This document shows, in pieces, positions 1-9,827 of a DNA stretch of 64,000 nucleotides. Every line of letters starts with the position of its first letter. Position 1 is the stretch's first letter. The position numbers and the translations under genes are program-made. A model generated the notes under the pieces. The model saw only the letters and a list, made by a program, of their open reading frames with translations. It made no database searches and was not told where the DNA came from. This stretch comes from Alphaproteobacteria bacterium (lineage in GTDB: Bacteria; Pseudomonadota; Alphaproteobacteria; Rickettsiales; SXRF01): positions 216 through 64,215 of the forward strand of contig JAYULW010000065.1 in the NCBI GenBank assembly GCA_043763155.1. Reading direction: 5' to 3'.

Positions 1-966
1 AAGGCGCGCGGCCATACGGTGACGCCCATTACCCTGCCCAAGGCCGATGTGAACAGCAAGCTCAAGAAAATGGGCCTGCGGCCCATGCATTTAAGCAATT
101 GCGGCGAATGGGATTTGCTGGCGCGGTGGATTTTGAAGCGGATATTGCGGCAGTTGAAGCCGGATATTATCCTTGCGCAGACCAACCGGGCGTTTGCGCT
201 GGCGCATAAGGGCGCGCGCGGGTTGTGCCCGATTGTGGGGATTGCGCATAATTACAACAAACGCGCCAGCCGCTATGTGGCGGCGGATGCGGTGTTTGCG
301 ACCACGCATGACCTGATCCAGTTTGTGATGGCGCAGAATGTGGATGAGGCGCGGATTTTTCATATTCCGAACATGGTGCGCTGTGAGGCGCTTCCGGTAC
401 GGCAAGCGGCGAAGCCTGTGCCGCTTATCGGGTCCATGGGGCGGCTGGTGGAGAAGAAGGGTTTTGATGTTTTCATTGATGCGCTGCAGATTCTGAAACA
501 AAAGGGGCATTTGTTTAAGGCAGTGCTGGGTGGCACGGGCATTGAGCTGAAGGCGCTGAAAAAGCGCGCTCATGATGCGGGCCTGAAGGATGTGCTGACG
601 TTTTTGAACTGGGTGGATGATAAGAAAGCGTTCTACACGGGGCTGGATATGTTTGTGCTGCCTTCGCACCATGAGCCGTTTGGCATTGTGCTGCTGGAGG
701 CGTTTACGTATGGCACACCGGTGGTTTCGACGGATTCGGAAGGACCGAAGGATATTATCACGCCGAATTTTGATGCGCTTCTGGTGCATAAGAACAGCGC
801 GAAGGAGTTGGCCGATGCGATGGAGGCTTTGCTGAAAGACCCGGACATGGCGGCGAGGCTTGCCACCAATGGATTTGTGAAAGCGAAGACGCAATATTCC
901 ATTGAGGGCGTGAGCGAGCGCATTGAGCTTGCGGCCGCGCAGATTTGCCTGCGCTGGGCAGCCTAG
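1..966 (+). CDS. Glycosyltransferase family 1 (GT-B fold), 5' end cut by the window edge
   Basis: The frame is open from nt 1, and the ORF track begins at GTG 19. It carries the C-terminal GT1 signature EPFGIVLLEAFTYGTPVVSTDSEGPKDII. Confidence 0.8.
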   Translation, partial: KARGHTVTPITLPKADVNSKLKKMGLRPMHLSNCGEWDLLARWILKRILRQLKPDIILAQTNRAFALAHKGARGLCPIVGIAHNYNKRASRYVAADAVFATTHDLIQFVMAQNVDEARIFHIPNMVRCEALPVRQAAKPVPLIGSMGRLVEKKGFDVFIDALQILKQKGHLFKAVLGGTGIELKALKKRAHDAGLKDVLTFLNWVDDKKAFYTGLDMFVLPSHHEPFGIVLLEAFTYGTPVVSTDSEGPKDIITPNFDALLVHKNSAKELADAMEALLKDPDMAARLATNGFVKAKTQYSIEGVSERIELAAAQICLRWAA

Positions 967-1685
967 GCTGCTTTTAATTGTAAGGATGCGAGGATGGCAT
1001 CGGCTGCGGCTTTGGGGTCGGCGGCTTCGGTGATGGGGCGGCCAATCACCAGATAATCCGCGCCGAGGTCGAGCGCTTCACGCGGGGTCATGGTGCGTTT
1101 CTGGTCGCCTGCGGCGGAGCCTTCGGGGCGGATGCCGGGCACGATTAATTTGAAATCCGCGCCGCAATGTTCGCGCAGCATGGCAATTTCCATTGGGGAA
1201 CACACCACACCATCCAGCCCGGTTTGCTGGGCGAGGTCGGCGAGCTGGCGCACCTGGTCGGACAGCGACTGGTCAACGCCGATAGCGGAGAGATCATGCT
1301 GGTCGAGGCTGGTGAGCATGGTTACTCCCACCACCATGGGGCGGGCTTTGCCGGTGGTTGCGGCGACTTCCATGGAGGCGTCAATGGCTGCGCGCAGCAT
1401 GGCGCGGCCGCCTTGGGTGTGGACGGTCATCATGAAGGTATCAATACCTGCGGTGGCGCGGATGGCGCCTGCGACGGTGTTGGGGATGTCATGAAATTTC
1501 AAATCGAGGAAAATGGGGGATTTGGGGCTGGTGACTTCGCGCACGCCGATTGCACCGTTGGCGGTGAAAAATTCAAGGCCGAGTTTAATTGCGCCCACGC
1601 TTCCGGCGAGGGAGTGCGCGAGGTCGCGCGCTTGTTCCACGTCGGTGGTGTCCAGCGCGCAGATGATGGGGTTGTGGTGGAGCAT
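963..1685 (-). CDS. pyrF: Orotidine 5'-phosphate decarboxylase
   Basis: Motifs ICALDTTD and FLDLKFHDIPNTV are present. I chose ATG 1685 (MLHHNPII...), which lies 1 nt after the pyrC stop. The longer ORF to 1760 would overlap pyrC. Confidence 0.9.
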   Translation of the reverse strand: MLHHNPIICALDTTDVEQARDLAHSLAGSVGAIKLGLEFFTANGAIGVREVTSPKSPIFLDLKFHDIPNTVAGAIRATAGIDTFMMTVHTQGGRAMLRAAIDASMEVAATTGKARPMVVGVTMLTSLDQHDLSAIGVDQSLSDQVRQLADLAQQTGLDGVVCSPMEIAMLREHCGADFKLIVPGIRPEGSAAGDQKRTMTPREALDLGADYLVIGRPITEAADPKAAADAILASLQLKAA

Positions 1686-1686
1686 G

Positions 1687-3027
1687 CTAGTATTCCAGCG
1701 AGAATACGGTGTCGCCGCCGACCACGGTGCGGATGGCACGGCCTTTGACGGGCCAGTCATCGAACGGGGAGTTCAGGGATTTGCTCACAAACTGCTTGGG
1801 GTCGAGGACCCATTCGACGGTGAGGTCAATGAGGGTGAGGTCGGCGCGCGCGCCTTTTTTCAGGCGGCCTGCTTTTTCGTTGATCACGTCGGCGGCTTTG
1901 TAGGTCATGGCGGCCATGACGTCGCGCAGGGGCATGATGCCTTTGTGGTATAGCGCTAGGGAGAGAGGCAACATGGTTTCGAGGCCCACGATGCCCATGG
2001 CGGCGCTGGCGAGGGGCACGCGCTTGCTTTCCTGATCGTGGGGGGCGTGGTCGGTGGCGATGGCGTCAATGGTGCCATCTTTCAGGCCTTCGATAACGGC
2101 GAGGCGGTCTTTTTCGGCGCGAAGGGGCGGGTTCATTTTGCTGAAGGTGCGGTAGTCCATCACGGCTTCATCGGTGAGGGTGAAGTGGTGTGGGGCGGCT
2201 TCGGCGGTGACGCGCAGGCCCTTCTTTTTGGCGCGGCGAACGGCGTCAATGGCCTCAGCGGTGGAGATGTGGAGGACGTGGTAGCGGCCCCCGGTGAGTT
2301 CGGTGAGGACGATGTCGCGCTCTACGATGACGGCTTCGGCGGCGTTGGGCGCACCAGCCACGCCCAGATGTGCGGACACTTTGCCTTCGTTCATGCATGC
2401 GCCGCAGGAGAGGTTCAGGTCCTCGGCGTGTTGGGCCACGGGGATGCCGAATTCCTTGGAATAAGCGAGTGCTTTACGCATTACGCCTGCGTTCATGACG
2501 GGCAGGCCGTCGTCGGTGAAGCCTACTGCGCCAGCTTCGCGGAGCAGGCCCATTTCGGTGATTTCCTGACCCTTCATGCCTTTGCTGATGCAGGCATAGG
2601 GGCGGACATTGACGAAAGAGGTTTCGCGCGCGCGGCGGTAAATGTAGGCGACCACGGAAATATCATCAATCACGGGCTTGGTGTTTGGCATGCAGGCAAC
2701 GGTGGTGACACCACCTGCTGCGGAGGACTTACTGCCGGTGTGGATGGTTTCTTTGTATTCCTGGCCGGGTTCGCGGAAATGCACCTGAATGTCGAGCAGG
2801 CCGGGGGAAAGGATGTGGCCTTTGCAATCTACCACTTCTGCGCCTTCGGGGATGCCGCCGTTGAAAATAGCGGGGCCGAAATCGGCGATCTGGTCGCCAA
2901 TCGTGAGCAGGCCGCCCTTCTGGTCAATGCCGGATTCGGGGTCGAACAAGCGGGCGTTGATGTAGGCCACCTTTTTGTTGGTGTCGTTTTTCCAGCTTGG
3001 CAGGGCGAAGGTTTGTTTCGGGGTCAT
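1687..3027 (-). CDS. pyrC: Dihydroorotase-like amidohydrolase, class I, pyrB-linked. The first His of the HxH metal motif is replaced by Gln.
   Basis: Motifs DIQVHFREPG, GFTDDG, VAQHAED, HVLHIST and ATDHAPH. It lies in the pyrB..pyrF gene string. Confidence 0.85.
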   Translation of the reverse strand: MTPKQTFALPSWKNDTNKKVAYINARLFDPESGIDQKGGLLTIGDQIADFGPAIFNGGIPEGAEVVDCKGHILSPGLLDIQVHFREPGQEYKETIHTGSKSSAAGGVTTVACMPNTKPVIDDISVVAYIYRRARETSFVNVRPYACISKGMKGQEITEMGLLREAGAVGFTDDGLPVMNAGVMRKALAYSKEFGIPVAQHAEDLNLSCGACMNEGKVSAHLGVAGAPNAAEAVIVERDIVLTELTGGRYHVLHISTAEAIDAVRRAKKKGLRVTAEAAPHHFTLTDEAVMDYRTFSKMNPPLRAEKDRLAVIEGLKDGTIDAIATDHAPHDQESKRVPLASAAMGIVGLETMLPLSLALYHKGIMPLRDVMAAMTYKAADVINEKAGRLKKGARADLTLIDLTVEWVLDPKQFVSKSLNSPFDDWPVKGRAIRTVVGGDTVFSLEY

Positions 3028-3035
3028 GACTCGTC

Positions 3036-4523
3036 TCAGGGTTTAGAGGTAATGGGCACGTAGATTGCCAGGCGGCGGTTATTGAGGGAGTCCAGCGCGT
3101 AGCCCTCAGGGTAATCCATGTATTTTACCATCCGGTAATACATATTCAGGTTCGGCAGGTTATAATGGATGTTCTTGCCGGGGATGATAACACCGAATTT
3201 CTGTTGTGCAATGGCCGTTTCCAGCTCTTTTCCGAGTTTTACTTTAAGCCCTGTATCCGGCCCCAGATTGGCGCGGAACAGGTCGTAGGCGGCCATGCCA
3301 TAAGAGTAGGTTTTTTTGCCCACGCGCTCGGAGATAAACTGGATGTCGGGCATGAAGGCATCGCCCTTATAAGTGCCGATTTCAGCGAGAAAAGCATCGG
3401 CGGCGGCAGCGGATTTGGGGCTGGGAGCCAGCGGCAGGGGGTCATAAATCAGGCTGATGAGCTGGGCGAAGATGAGTAGGCCCGAAGCAATGGCAAGGCG
3501 GGGCTTTTGCCGGAGCTGGTCTGCAAAGCCCAAACCCGCTACCAGCGCGAGGATGGCATGCATGGGCATGAGGTTGTTGTAATAGCCGTAGCGGTGCAGG
3601 CGGGCGGAGTAGCATACGGTGATGGCCGTGAGCGCGAGGACGCCGTAAAAGATGGCTTTTTTGCGGTCCGTTACACACCAGAAACCTACTGCGATCAGGG
3701 CAGCGCCCAGCACGTAGCCTTGCAGGCGCAGCAAATCATCGCGCCAGAAAGCAAAATAGACCAGCGGATCGGTGTTGTGGTTCATCGGGATTTTCATGGT
3801 GTAAAACCAGAACCAGCCGCCGGTGGTAAGCTGGTACAGGGTGATGGTGACCAGCAGCGAGATTGCTGCGGCGGCACTGGCGGTGAGGCCGAAGCGGCGG
3901 TTCAGGAATATGGCGGCGCATAGCGGCGGGATGAGCAGGCCGAGGCTGGTTTGCTTGGCGTAGAAGGCGGCGCAGGCAAGCAGCCCTGCCCGGATGGCAG
4001 TTTTTTTGCCTTCGCCGAAGCGCAGCAAATACAGGGCGGCGACGCTTAGGAAAAGCGCAAGGCTATCCACACGGGCGATGTCGAACCAGCGGCCACTGAG
4101 GCGGTAGGTGGCAAATAGCAGGCCCGTGGTGAGCAGGCCGCACTGCCAGTTGCCCCCTTCCCTTCGCACCCATTGGAAGAATACAGCGGCAACGCCGAAA
4201 ATGGAGAGGGTGGAAACCAGCCTTCCGGCGATGAAATCCATGCCGGTGAACCATGAGGCGACGACGGAGAAATAATAAAATAACGGGGTGTAGAGGAGCG
4301 AGACATATTCAAGCGTGGGGGCGGCGTAGATGGCGTGGCCTTCGCGGGCGCGGCGCACGATGTCCATGCTCTGGCCCTCGATCCATTCCAGCTGGAAGGG
4401 GTAGGACATGGAGTAGAGCGCGACATAGGTAAAAGCGAGGAGGAACCATGCGCCAAGCGCAGCGCAGACTGCTTCGAGAATACGGTTGGATGTTTGCGCC
4501 TGAGGCGACATCCGAGGCGTCAT
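3036..4523 (-). CDS. Polytopic membrane protein, probable GT-C-type (ArnT/PMT-like) glycosyltransferase
   Basis: 495 aa with many hydrophobic helices. The N-terminal TM helix plus loop and the general layout resemble the PMT_2/ArnT family. Its ATG overlaps the pyrB stop (ATGA at 4520-4523). Confidence 0.5.
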   Translation of the reverse strand: MTPRMSPQAQTSNRILEAVCAALGAWFLLAFTYVALYSMSYPFQLEWIEGQSMDIVRRAREGHAIYAAPTLEYVSLLYTPLFYYFSVVASWFTGMDFIAGRLVSTLSIFGVAAVFFQWVRREGGNWQCGLLTTGLLFATYRLSGRWFDIARVDSLALFLSVAALYLLRFGEGKKTAIRAGLLACAAFYAKQTSLGLLIPPLCAAIFLNRRFGLTASAAAAISLLVTITLYQLTTGGWFWFYTMKIPMNHNTDPLVYFAFWRDDLLRLQGYVLGAALIAVGFWCVTDRKKAIFYGVLALTAITVCYSARLHRYGYYNNLMPMHAILALVAGLGFADQLRQKPRLAIASGLLIFAQLISLIYDPLPLAPSPKSAAAADAFLAEIGTYKGDAFMPDIQFISERVGKKTYSYGMAAYDLFRANLGPDTGLKVKLGKELETAIAQQKFGVIIPGKNIHYNLPNLNMYYRMVKYMDYPEGYALDSLNNRRLAIYVPITSKP

Positions 4524-5497
4524 CCTTGCGAGGCCAGCAGCTCCAGCACGGCCTGGCGCACGGCCACGCCCATTTCCACCTGTTGCAGGATCACGCTGCG
4601 GTTTAAGTCGTCGGCCAGCTTGCTGTCAATTTCCACACCGCGGTTGATAGGGCCGGGATGCATGATGAGCGCGTCGGGCTTGGCGAAGCTGAGTTTTTCC
4701 TCGTCGAGGCCGTAATAGTGGAAATATTCGCGCACGGAGGGGATGAAATTGCCTTCCATGCGCTCCAGCTGCAGGCGCAGCATCATGATGATGTCGCAAT
4801 CCTTCAGGCCTTTGCGCATGTCGTAAAACGTTTCAACGCCGAAGGATTCCGGGCAGGCGGGCATGAGGGTGGGCGGCGCGATGATGCGCACTTTGGCACC
4901 CAGCAGGTTCAGGAGCTTGATGTTCGAGCGCGCCACGCGGCTGTGCAGGATGTCGCCGCAGATGGCAACGTTCAGGCCTTTGATGCGGCCTTTGCCCTGC
5001 ATGATGGTAAGGGCGTCGAGCAATGCTTGCGTGGGGTGTTCGTGGCAACCGTCGCCGGCATTGATCACGGAGCATTCAACTTTGCGGGCCAGCAGATGCG
5101 GCGCGCCGGACTCAGGGTGGCGCACGGCGATGAAATCAGGGTGCATGGCGTTTAGCGTCATGGCGGTATCAATCAGCGTTTCGCCTTTTTTAACCGACGA
5201 GGCGCTGGCCGACATGTTGATCACGTCGGCGCCGAGGCGCTTTCCGGCCAGCTCGAAGCTGGTGCGGGTGCGGGTGGAATTTTCGAAAAACAGGTTGATG
5301 AGCGTGCGGCCTTTTAAGATGGCGTGCTTTTTATCCGGCTCACGGTTTTTTTCGATATAATATTTGGAGCGTTCGAGGATGTGGTACACATCGTCGGGCG
5401 AGAGGCCGTCAATGCTCAGCAAATGGGGGTGGCTGAAGGATTGGGTGGGCGTAACCGCGGGTGTCACTGAGGGGGTCGTGTTCATGGGGGCTACCAT
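4520..5497 (-). CDS. pyrB: Aspartate carbamoyltransferase catalytic subunit
   Basis: Motifs STRTRTSFE and HPTQ are present. The start is uncertain (ATG 5497, ATG 5485 or TTG 5521). Confidence 0.9.
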   Translation of the reverse strand: MVAPMNTTPSVTPAVTPTQSFSHPHLLSIDGLSPDDVYHILERSKYYIEKNREPDKKHAILKGRTLINLFFENSTRTRTSFELAGKRLGADVINMSASASSVKKGETLIDTAMTLNAMHPDFIAVRHPESGAPHLLARKVECSVINAGDGCHEHPTQALLDALTIMQGKGRIKGLNVAICGDILHSRVARSNIKLLNLLGAKVRIIAPPTLMPACPESFGVETFYDMRKGLKDCDIIMMLRLQLERMEGNFIPSVREYFHYYGLDEEKLSFAKPDALIMHPGPINRGVEIDSKLADDLNRSVILQQVEMGVAVRQAVLELLASQG

Positions 5498-5581
5498 AAA
5501 CACAGAATTAATTTTGCGCAATTAGTACTTTACTGGTACAAAAAAACTTGTAGTGCACCGCTTGAGGGGAAAAATTGATTT

Positions 5582-6670
5582 ATGCGTATAAAATTGCTGT
5601 TTATTTCCACGGCCCTTATCTCTTTAAGCCTGCTGGGCTGCTCCGGGGGCGCAGGCCCTGTGGACTCCAAACAGTTCCTTAGCACCCTTGACGGGCCGAA
5701 GGTTACCAGCGTGAACGAAGCCCTTTTGCAGTCGGCAACGCAGGCCGAGGCGCAGGGTAACTTTAAGGTAGCCGCCCAAGCCTACGAACAGGTGCTGGAA
5801 AAAGAACCGGACAATACCGGGGTGATGCTTTCGCTGGGCGATAGTTACCGCCGCGACGCGCAAACGCCTAAAGCCATTGCGGTGTATGACGCGCTGCTGG
5901 CAAAAGATCCGAAAAATGTGGGCGCGAAGGAAGGCAAAGGCCTGGCCCTTATCGCCAGTGGCGATTTCGATACGCCTGCGGTGTTGTTTGACGAGGTGAT
6001 GCAGGTGGATGCGAAGCGCTGGAAAACGCTGAACGCGCTGGGCATTTTGTTTACCACCCGCAACATGCAGCCCGAAGCGCAGCAATATTTCAACGAGGCG
6101 CTGCAGTACCACCCCAATTCCGCCTCGATCCTGAATAACCTGGGCCTGAGCCAGGCGCTGGAACGCAAGTTCGATAATTCCGTGGGCACGCTGAGCAAGG
6201 CGTCGGGCTTTGCGGCGAACGGCTCGGTGGAGCGCAAGCGTATTGACCTGAACACCGCGCTGGTGCTGGCAAGCGCGGGCAAGGTGGATGATGCGAAAGG
6301 CATTGCCGAGCAGTATTTGTCGGGCGCGGAGCTGGATAATAATCTGGGCCTGTATGCGCATCTCGCCAAGGACGATAAAATGGCCAAGGCCTATTTGAAC
6401 AAGGCGCTTTCAGACAGCAAAGTGTATTACGCGAAAGCATGGGACAATCTGGAAGACCTGAACAAGCAGGCTCCTTCGGAAGATGCAAAACCAGAGCCTG
6501 CGAAAAAAGCACCCGCCGAGAAAAAAACGGTGAAGGACAAGCAAAGCGCCCTGCCCGCCCCGGCTGCGCCGCAAGCGGCGCTTGCGCCTTCGGCTGGCCC
6601 ATCGCCTGATGCAGTTCCGGCGGCAAGCCTTGCGGATGCGCCGCCCGCGCCTCCGCCGCCCCGCCACTAA
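5582..6670 (+). CDS. TPR-repeat lipoprotein with a Pro/Ala-rich C-terminal tail
   Basis: It has a signal peptide ending in the lipobox LLGC. TPR-like repeats include AAQAYEQVLEKEPDN and AIAVYDALLAKDPKN. The C-terminus is a low-complexity PAP tail. Confidence 0.7.
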   Translation: MRIKLLFISTALISLSLLGCSGGAGPVDSKQFLSTLDGPKVTSVNEALLQSATQAEAQGNFKVAAQAYEQVLEKEPDNTGVMLSLGDSYRRDAQTPKAIAVYDALLAKDPKNVGAKEGKGLALIASGDFDTPAVLFDEVMQVDAKRWKTLNALGILFTTRNMQPEAQQYFNEALQYHPNSASILNNLGLSQALERKFDNSVGTLSKASGFAANGSVERKRIDLNTALVLASAGKVDDAKGIAEQYLSGAELDNNLGLYAHLAKDDKMAKAYLNKALSDSKVYYAKAWDNLEDLNKQAPSEDAKPEPAKKAPAEKKTVKDKQSALPAPAAPQAALAPSAGPSPDAVPAASLADAPPAPPPPRH

Positions 6671-6672
6671 GC

Positions 6673-7089
6673 ATGCCCGCCCCTTCTCCTTCGGCTGGCG
6701 TATTTTTTGCGCAAGCCTTTGAGCGCCAGTGCCGCGATGCGCTTTCGCGCAAGCTTGCGGCCGTCAGCAGTTTCAAGAAAGCACTCGCAGGCATCACCAA
6801 TGTTTCCGACGCGCAAGCCAAGGGCTATGCGCCTAGCGAAGCGCAGATTGCAGCCATTGCCTCCAGCATCGAAATGGCGGCCAATAGCTGTTATGCGTCG
6901 GCGGGGTTTTGTGGGCTTTCGGGCGAAAAGGCCGCGCAGACTTTAGTGCAGAGCCTGCACACGCATGTCAGTCAGATGAATGACCAATGGCGCACCAGCG
7001 GTCAGTTCGCGTTCAGCGCGGATGATTTGAGCGATATGATGGATGAAGCACGCGGTATGATCGCAGCCAAACATAGCGATTTAGCCTAG
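6673..7089 (+). CDS. Hypothetical protein (138 aa)
   Basis: It starts 2 nt after the TPR lipoprotein stop. Codon style matches the neighbours. I recognise no motif. Confidence 0.5.
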   Translation: MPAPSPSAGVFFAQAFERQCRDALSRKLAAVSSFKKALAGITNVSDAQAKGYAPSEAQIAAIASSIEMAANSCYASAGFCGLSGEKAAQTLVQSLHTHVSQMNDQWRTSGQFAFSADDLSDMMDEARGMIAAKHSDLA

Positions 7090-8006
7090 GCTTTCAGGAA
7101 ATCTTTTCCGGCGGTGGCGAGCAGCTCTTCACCGGCGGCAATGCCTATGGATTCGGCGTCGGTGCTGGCGCCTTCTTTTGCAATTTCGTGGTAGCTGGAA
7201 CCGTCGGGGCGGATGATGAGGCCGCGGAAGGTGAGCTGGTTTCCGTCTACGGTTGCAAAGCCTGCAATCGGCGTGCGGCAGGAGCCATCGAGCGCTTGCA
7301 GGAAGGCGCGTTCGCACATTACGGCGGTTTCGGTGGCGATGTGGGCGATGGGCGACAGGGCTTCCAGCACATCCTCGTCATTTTCGCGGCACTCGATGCC
7401 GACGGCACCCTGGGCCACGGCGGGCAGGAAATCTTCGAGCGCCAGCGGGTGGCCGGACACGTCCCAGATGCTTAAGCGGTTCAGGCCTGCCATGGCCAGC
7501 ATGGTTGCATCCACTACGCCTGCGTCGAGCTTGGCGAGGCGGGTTTGCACATTGCCGCGAAAGGGCACGATGTTGAGGTCGGGGCGCTGCATCAGGGCTT
7601 GGGCGGCGCGGCGCAAGGATGAGGTGCCGAAGGTTGCGCCCTTGGGCAGGTCGGCAAGTGTGCGGATGCCTTTGCCCAGCAGCATGTCGCGGGGGTCTTC
7701 GCGTTCCAGCATGGCGCCGATGGTCAGGCCGTCGGGCAGCACGGTTTGCATGTCTTTCATGGAATGCACGGCGATATCAATTTCATTCGCCAGCAAAGCT
7801 TCTTCTAATTCCTTGGTAAACAGGCCTTTTCCGCCCACGTCGGACAGCGGGCGGTCGAGAAATTTATCGCCGCTGGTTTGCATGGGCACGATTTCGATGG
7901 CAAGGCCAGGCCAGCTTTCGGCCAGAGCATCGGAAACCAATTGCGCCTGGGCCAGCGCCAGTGCGCTTTTCCTTGTACCGATACGGATTTTTGATAGGTT
8001 GAGCAT
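7086..8006 (-). CDS. hemC: Porphobilinogen deaminase (hydroxymethylbilane synthase)
   Basis: The N-terminus IRIGTRKSALALAQA is present, and the family resemblance runs the full length. Confidence 0.9.
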   Translation of the reverse strand: MLNLSKIRIGTRKSALALAQAQLVSDALAESWPGLAIEIVPMQTSGDKFLDRPLSDVGGKGLFTKELEEALLANEIDIAVHSMKDMQTVLPDGLTIGAMLEREDPRDMLLGKGIRTLADLPKGATFGTSSLRRAAQALMQRPDLNIVPFRGNVQTRLAKLDAGVVDATMLAMAGLNRLSIWDVSGHPLALEDFLPAVAQGAVGIECRENDEDVLEALSPIAHIATETAVMCERAFLQALDGSCRTPIAGFATVDGNQLTFRGLIIRPDGSSYHEIAKEGASTDAESIGIAAGEELLATAGKDFLKA

Positions 8007-8040
8007 CGCTTATAATTAATCCATTCCGTGTAAACAGGCA

Positions 8041-9060
8041 ATGCGTATCCTTGGTATTGAGACAAGTTGTGATGAAACCGCCGCGGCGGTAGTGACGGAT
8101 ACGCGCGCGTTGCTTTCCAACGTGGTGCTGTCGCAGGTGGCGGAGCATTTGCCGTATGGCGGTGTGGTGCCCGAAATTGCGGCGCGGGCGCATCTGGACC
8201 ATGTGGAGCATGTGGTGGCGAAGGCCATGGCGGATGCGAAGATGGAGTTTGCAGATCTGGATGCGGTGGCCGTGACCGGCGGGCCGGGCCTGATTGGCGG
8301 GGTGATTGTGGGGGTGATGACGGCCAAGGCGATTGCGTCGGTGCATCACAAGCCGCTGGTTGCGGTGAATCATCTGGAAGGGCATGCGCTGACGGTGCGC
8401 CTGACGCATGATGTGCCCTTCCCTTTCCTGCTGCTGCTGGTTTCGGGCGGGCATTGCCAGTTTCTTATCGTGCGCGGCGTGGGGCAGTATGAGCGCCTTG
8501 GCGGCACGGTGGACGATGCGCTGGGCGAAGCGTTTGACAAAACCGCGAAGATGCTGGGGATGGATTATCCCGGTGGGCCTGCTGTTGAAATAGCTGCGCG
8601 GGCGGGCAACCCCAAGGCGTATACATTCCCCGTGCCGATGAAGGGGCGCGAAGGGTGTGATTTTTCCTTTTCCGGGCTTAAGACTGCGGTGCGGTTGAAG
8701 GCGCAGGAGATTGGCGCGCTATCGGAAAAGCATATCAATGATATTTGCGCGTCGTTCCAGCATAGCGCGGGCGAGAGCGTGTGTGACCGGACGGAGCATG
8801 CGATGCAGATTTTCCGTAAGGCATTTCCGGCGGGCGGGCATTTTGTGCTGGCGGGCGGGGTTGCGGCAAACCAGTATTTACGCGGGCGGCTGGAAAAATT
8901 ATGCGGGCAGTTTGCACTGCCGCTGGTGGCACCACCCATTGCGCTTTGCACGGATAACGCAGCCATGATCGCATGGGCGGGGTTGGAGCGGTTCCGGCTG
9001 GGGATGGTGGACGGCATGGGGTTTGAGCCGCGCGCGCGCTGGCCGCTGGCTGCGGCTTAG
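8041..9060 (+). CDS. tsaD: tRNA N6-adenosine threonylcarbamoyltransferase
   Basis: Motifs [13 protein letters not shown] and VNHLEGHAL (Kae1/Gcp family). Confidence 0.9.
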   Translation: MRILGIETSCDETAAAVVTDTRALLSNVVLSQVAEHLPYGGVVPEIAARAHLDHVEHVVAKAMADAKMEFADLDAVAVTGGPGLIGGVIVGVMTAKAIASVHHKPLVAVNHLEGHALTVRLTHDVPFPFLLLLVSGGHCQFLIVRGVGQYERLGGTVDDALGEAFDKTAKMLGMDYPGGPAVEIAARAGNPKAYTFPVPMKGREGCDFSFSGLKTAVRLKAQEIGALSEKHINDICASFQHSAGESVCDRTEHAMQIFRKAFPAGGHFVLAGGVAANQYLRGRLEKLCGQFALPLVAPPIALCTDNAAMIAWAGLERFRLGMVDGMGFEPRARWPLAAA

Positions 9061-9827
9061 TCGGCGGCGAAGCCATTATCACGCAGGATTTTGCGGGCGG
9101 TTGAGCCTTTCAGGTATTCAATGAATTTGCGGGCTTCGGACATGTTTTCACCGGCGATGGCTACTGCGTAATATTCAATCGGATGGTGGGAATTTTCGGG
9201 CAGCAGGTCAATCACGCGCACGCCGTCGCGGCTGATGGTGCTGGAGTAGAAGAAAATGCCGTAGGCATGTTGCTTCCTCACCATGTCGAACATCTGGTCA
9301 AGGTTTTTGATGTAGAGGGTGTGTTCTTCGAGGTCGCCGGCCACATCCAGCGAGCGTAGCGCTTCCTTGCCGTACACGCCTTCCATCAGGGTTTCGGGGT
9401 TGCCCATGACGAAGAGTTGTTCGCCTTCCATTTGCTGGATCAGCGGCACAGTGGGGAAGCCGTTCTGGATGCGGGCGGTGATGGGGCTATCAACAGGGCC
9501 GACGAGGGCCATGCGGTTTTTGGCGACGGTAGTTTGCGAGTTTACGTCCAGCAGGCCCTGTGTTTTCAGCTGGTCAATCCAGTTTTGGCGCGGGGTGATA
9601 AGCACGTCGGCGCTGCCGCCTTCGGTGATTTCATGCTCTTGCTCGGTGCTGCTGGTGAATGCGGTGTTGGCCACGGTGGATTGGTCGCGGGAATAGTTGC
9701 GCGCGATTTCGGCGATGGCGGCACCCATGGTGGGGTCGGCAAGCACCGTTACGGAAGGCAACGCATAAGCGGCCCTTGCAAAGCCAAGGGCGAATACCAG
9801 TGCTAGAATACTATTGCGAAGCGGCAT
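9057..9827 (-). CDS. Periplasmic substrate-binding protein, ModA-like (molybdate/tungstate type)
   Basis: Signal peptide [22 protein letters not shown]. Motifs [31 protein letters not shown] and YYAVAIAG resemble ModA. The start ATG 9827 lies inside the last 17 nt of hflX. No permease or ATPase gene is adjacent. Confidence 0.6.
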   Translation of the reverse strand: MPLRNSILALVFALGFARAAYALPSVTVLADPTMGAAIAEIARNYSRDQSTVANTAFTSSTEQEHEITEGGSADVLITPRQNWIDQLKTQGLLDVNSQTTVAKNRMALVGPVDSPITARIQNGFPTVPLIQQMEGEQLFVMGNPETLMEGVYGKEALRSLDVAGDLEEHTLYIKNLDQMFDMVRKQHAYGIFFYSSTISRDGVRVIDLLPENSHHPIEYYAVAIAGENMSEARKFIEYLKGSTARKILRDNGFAAD

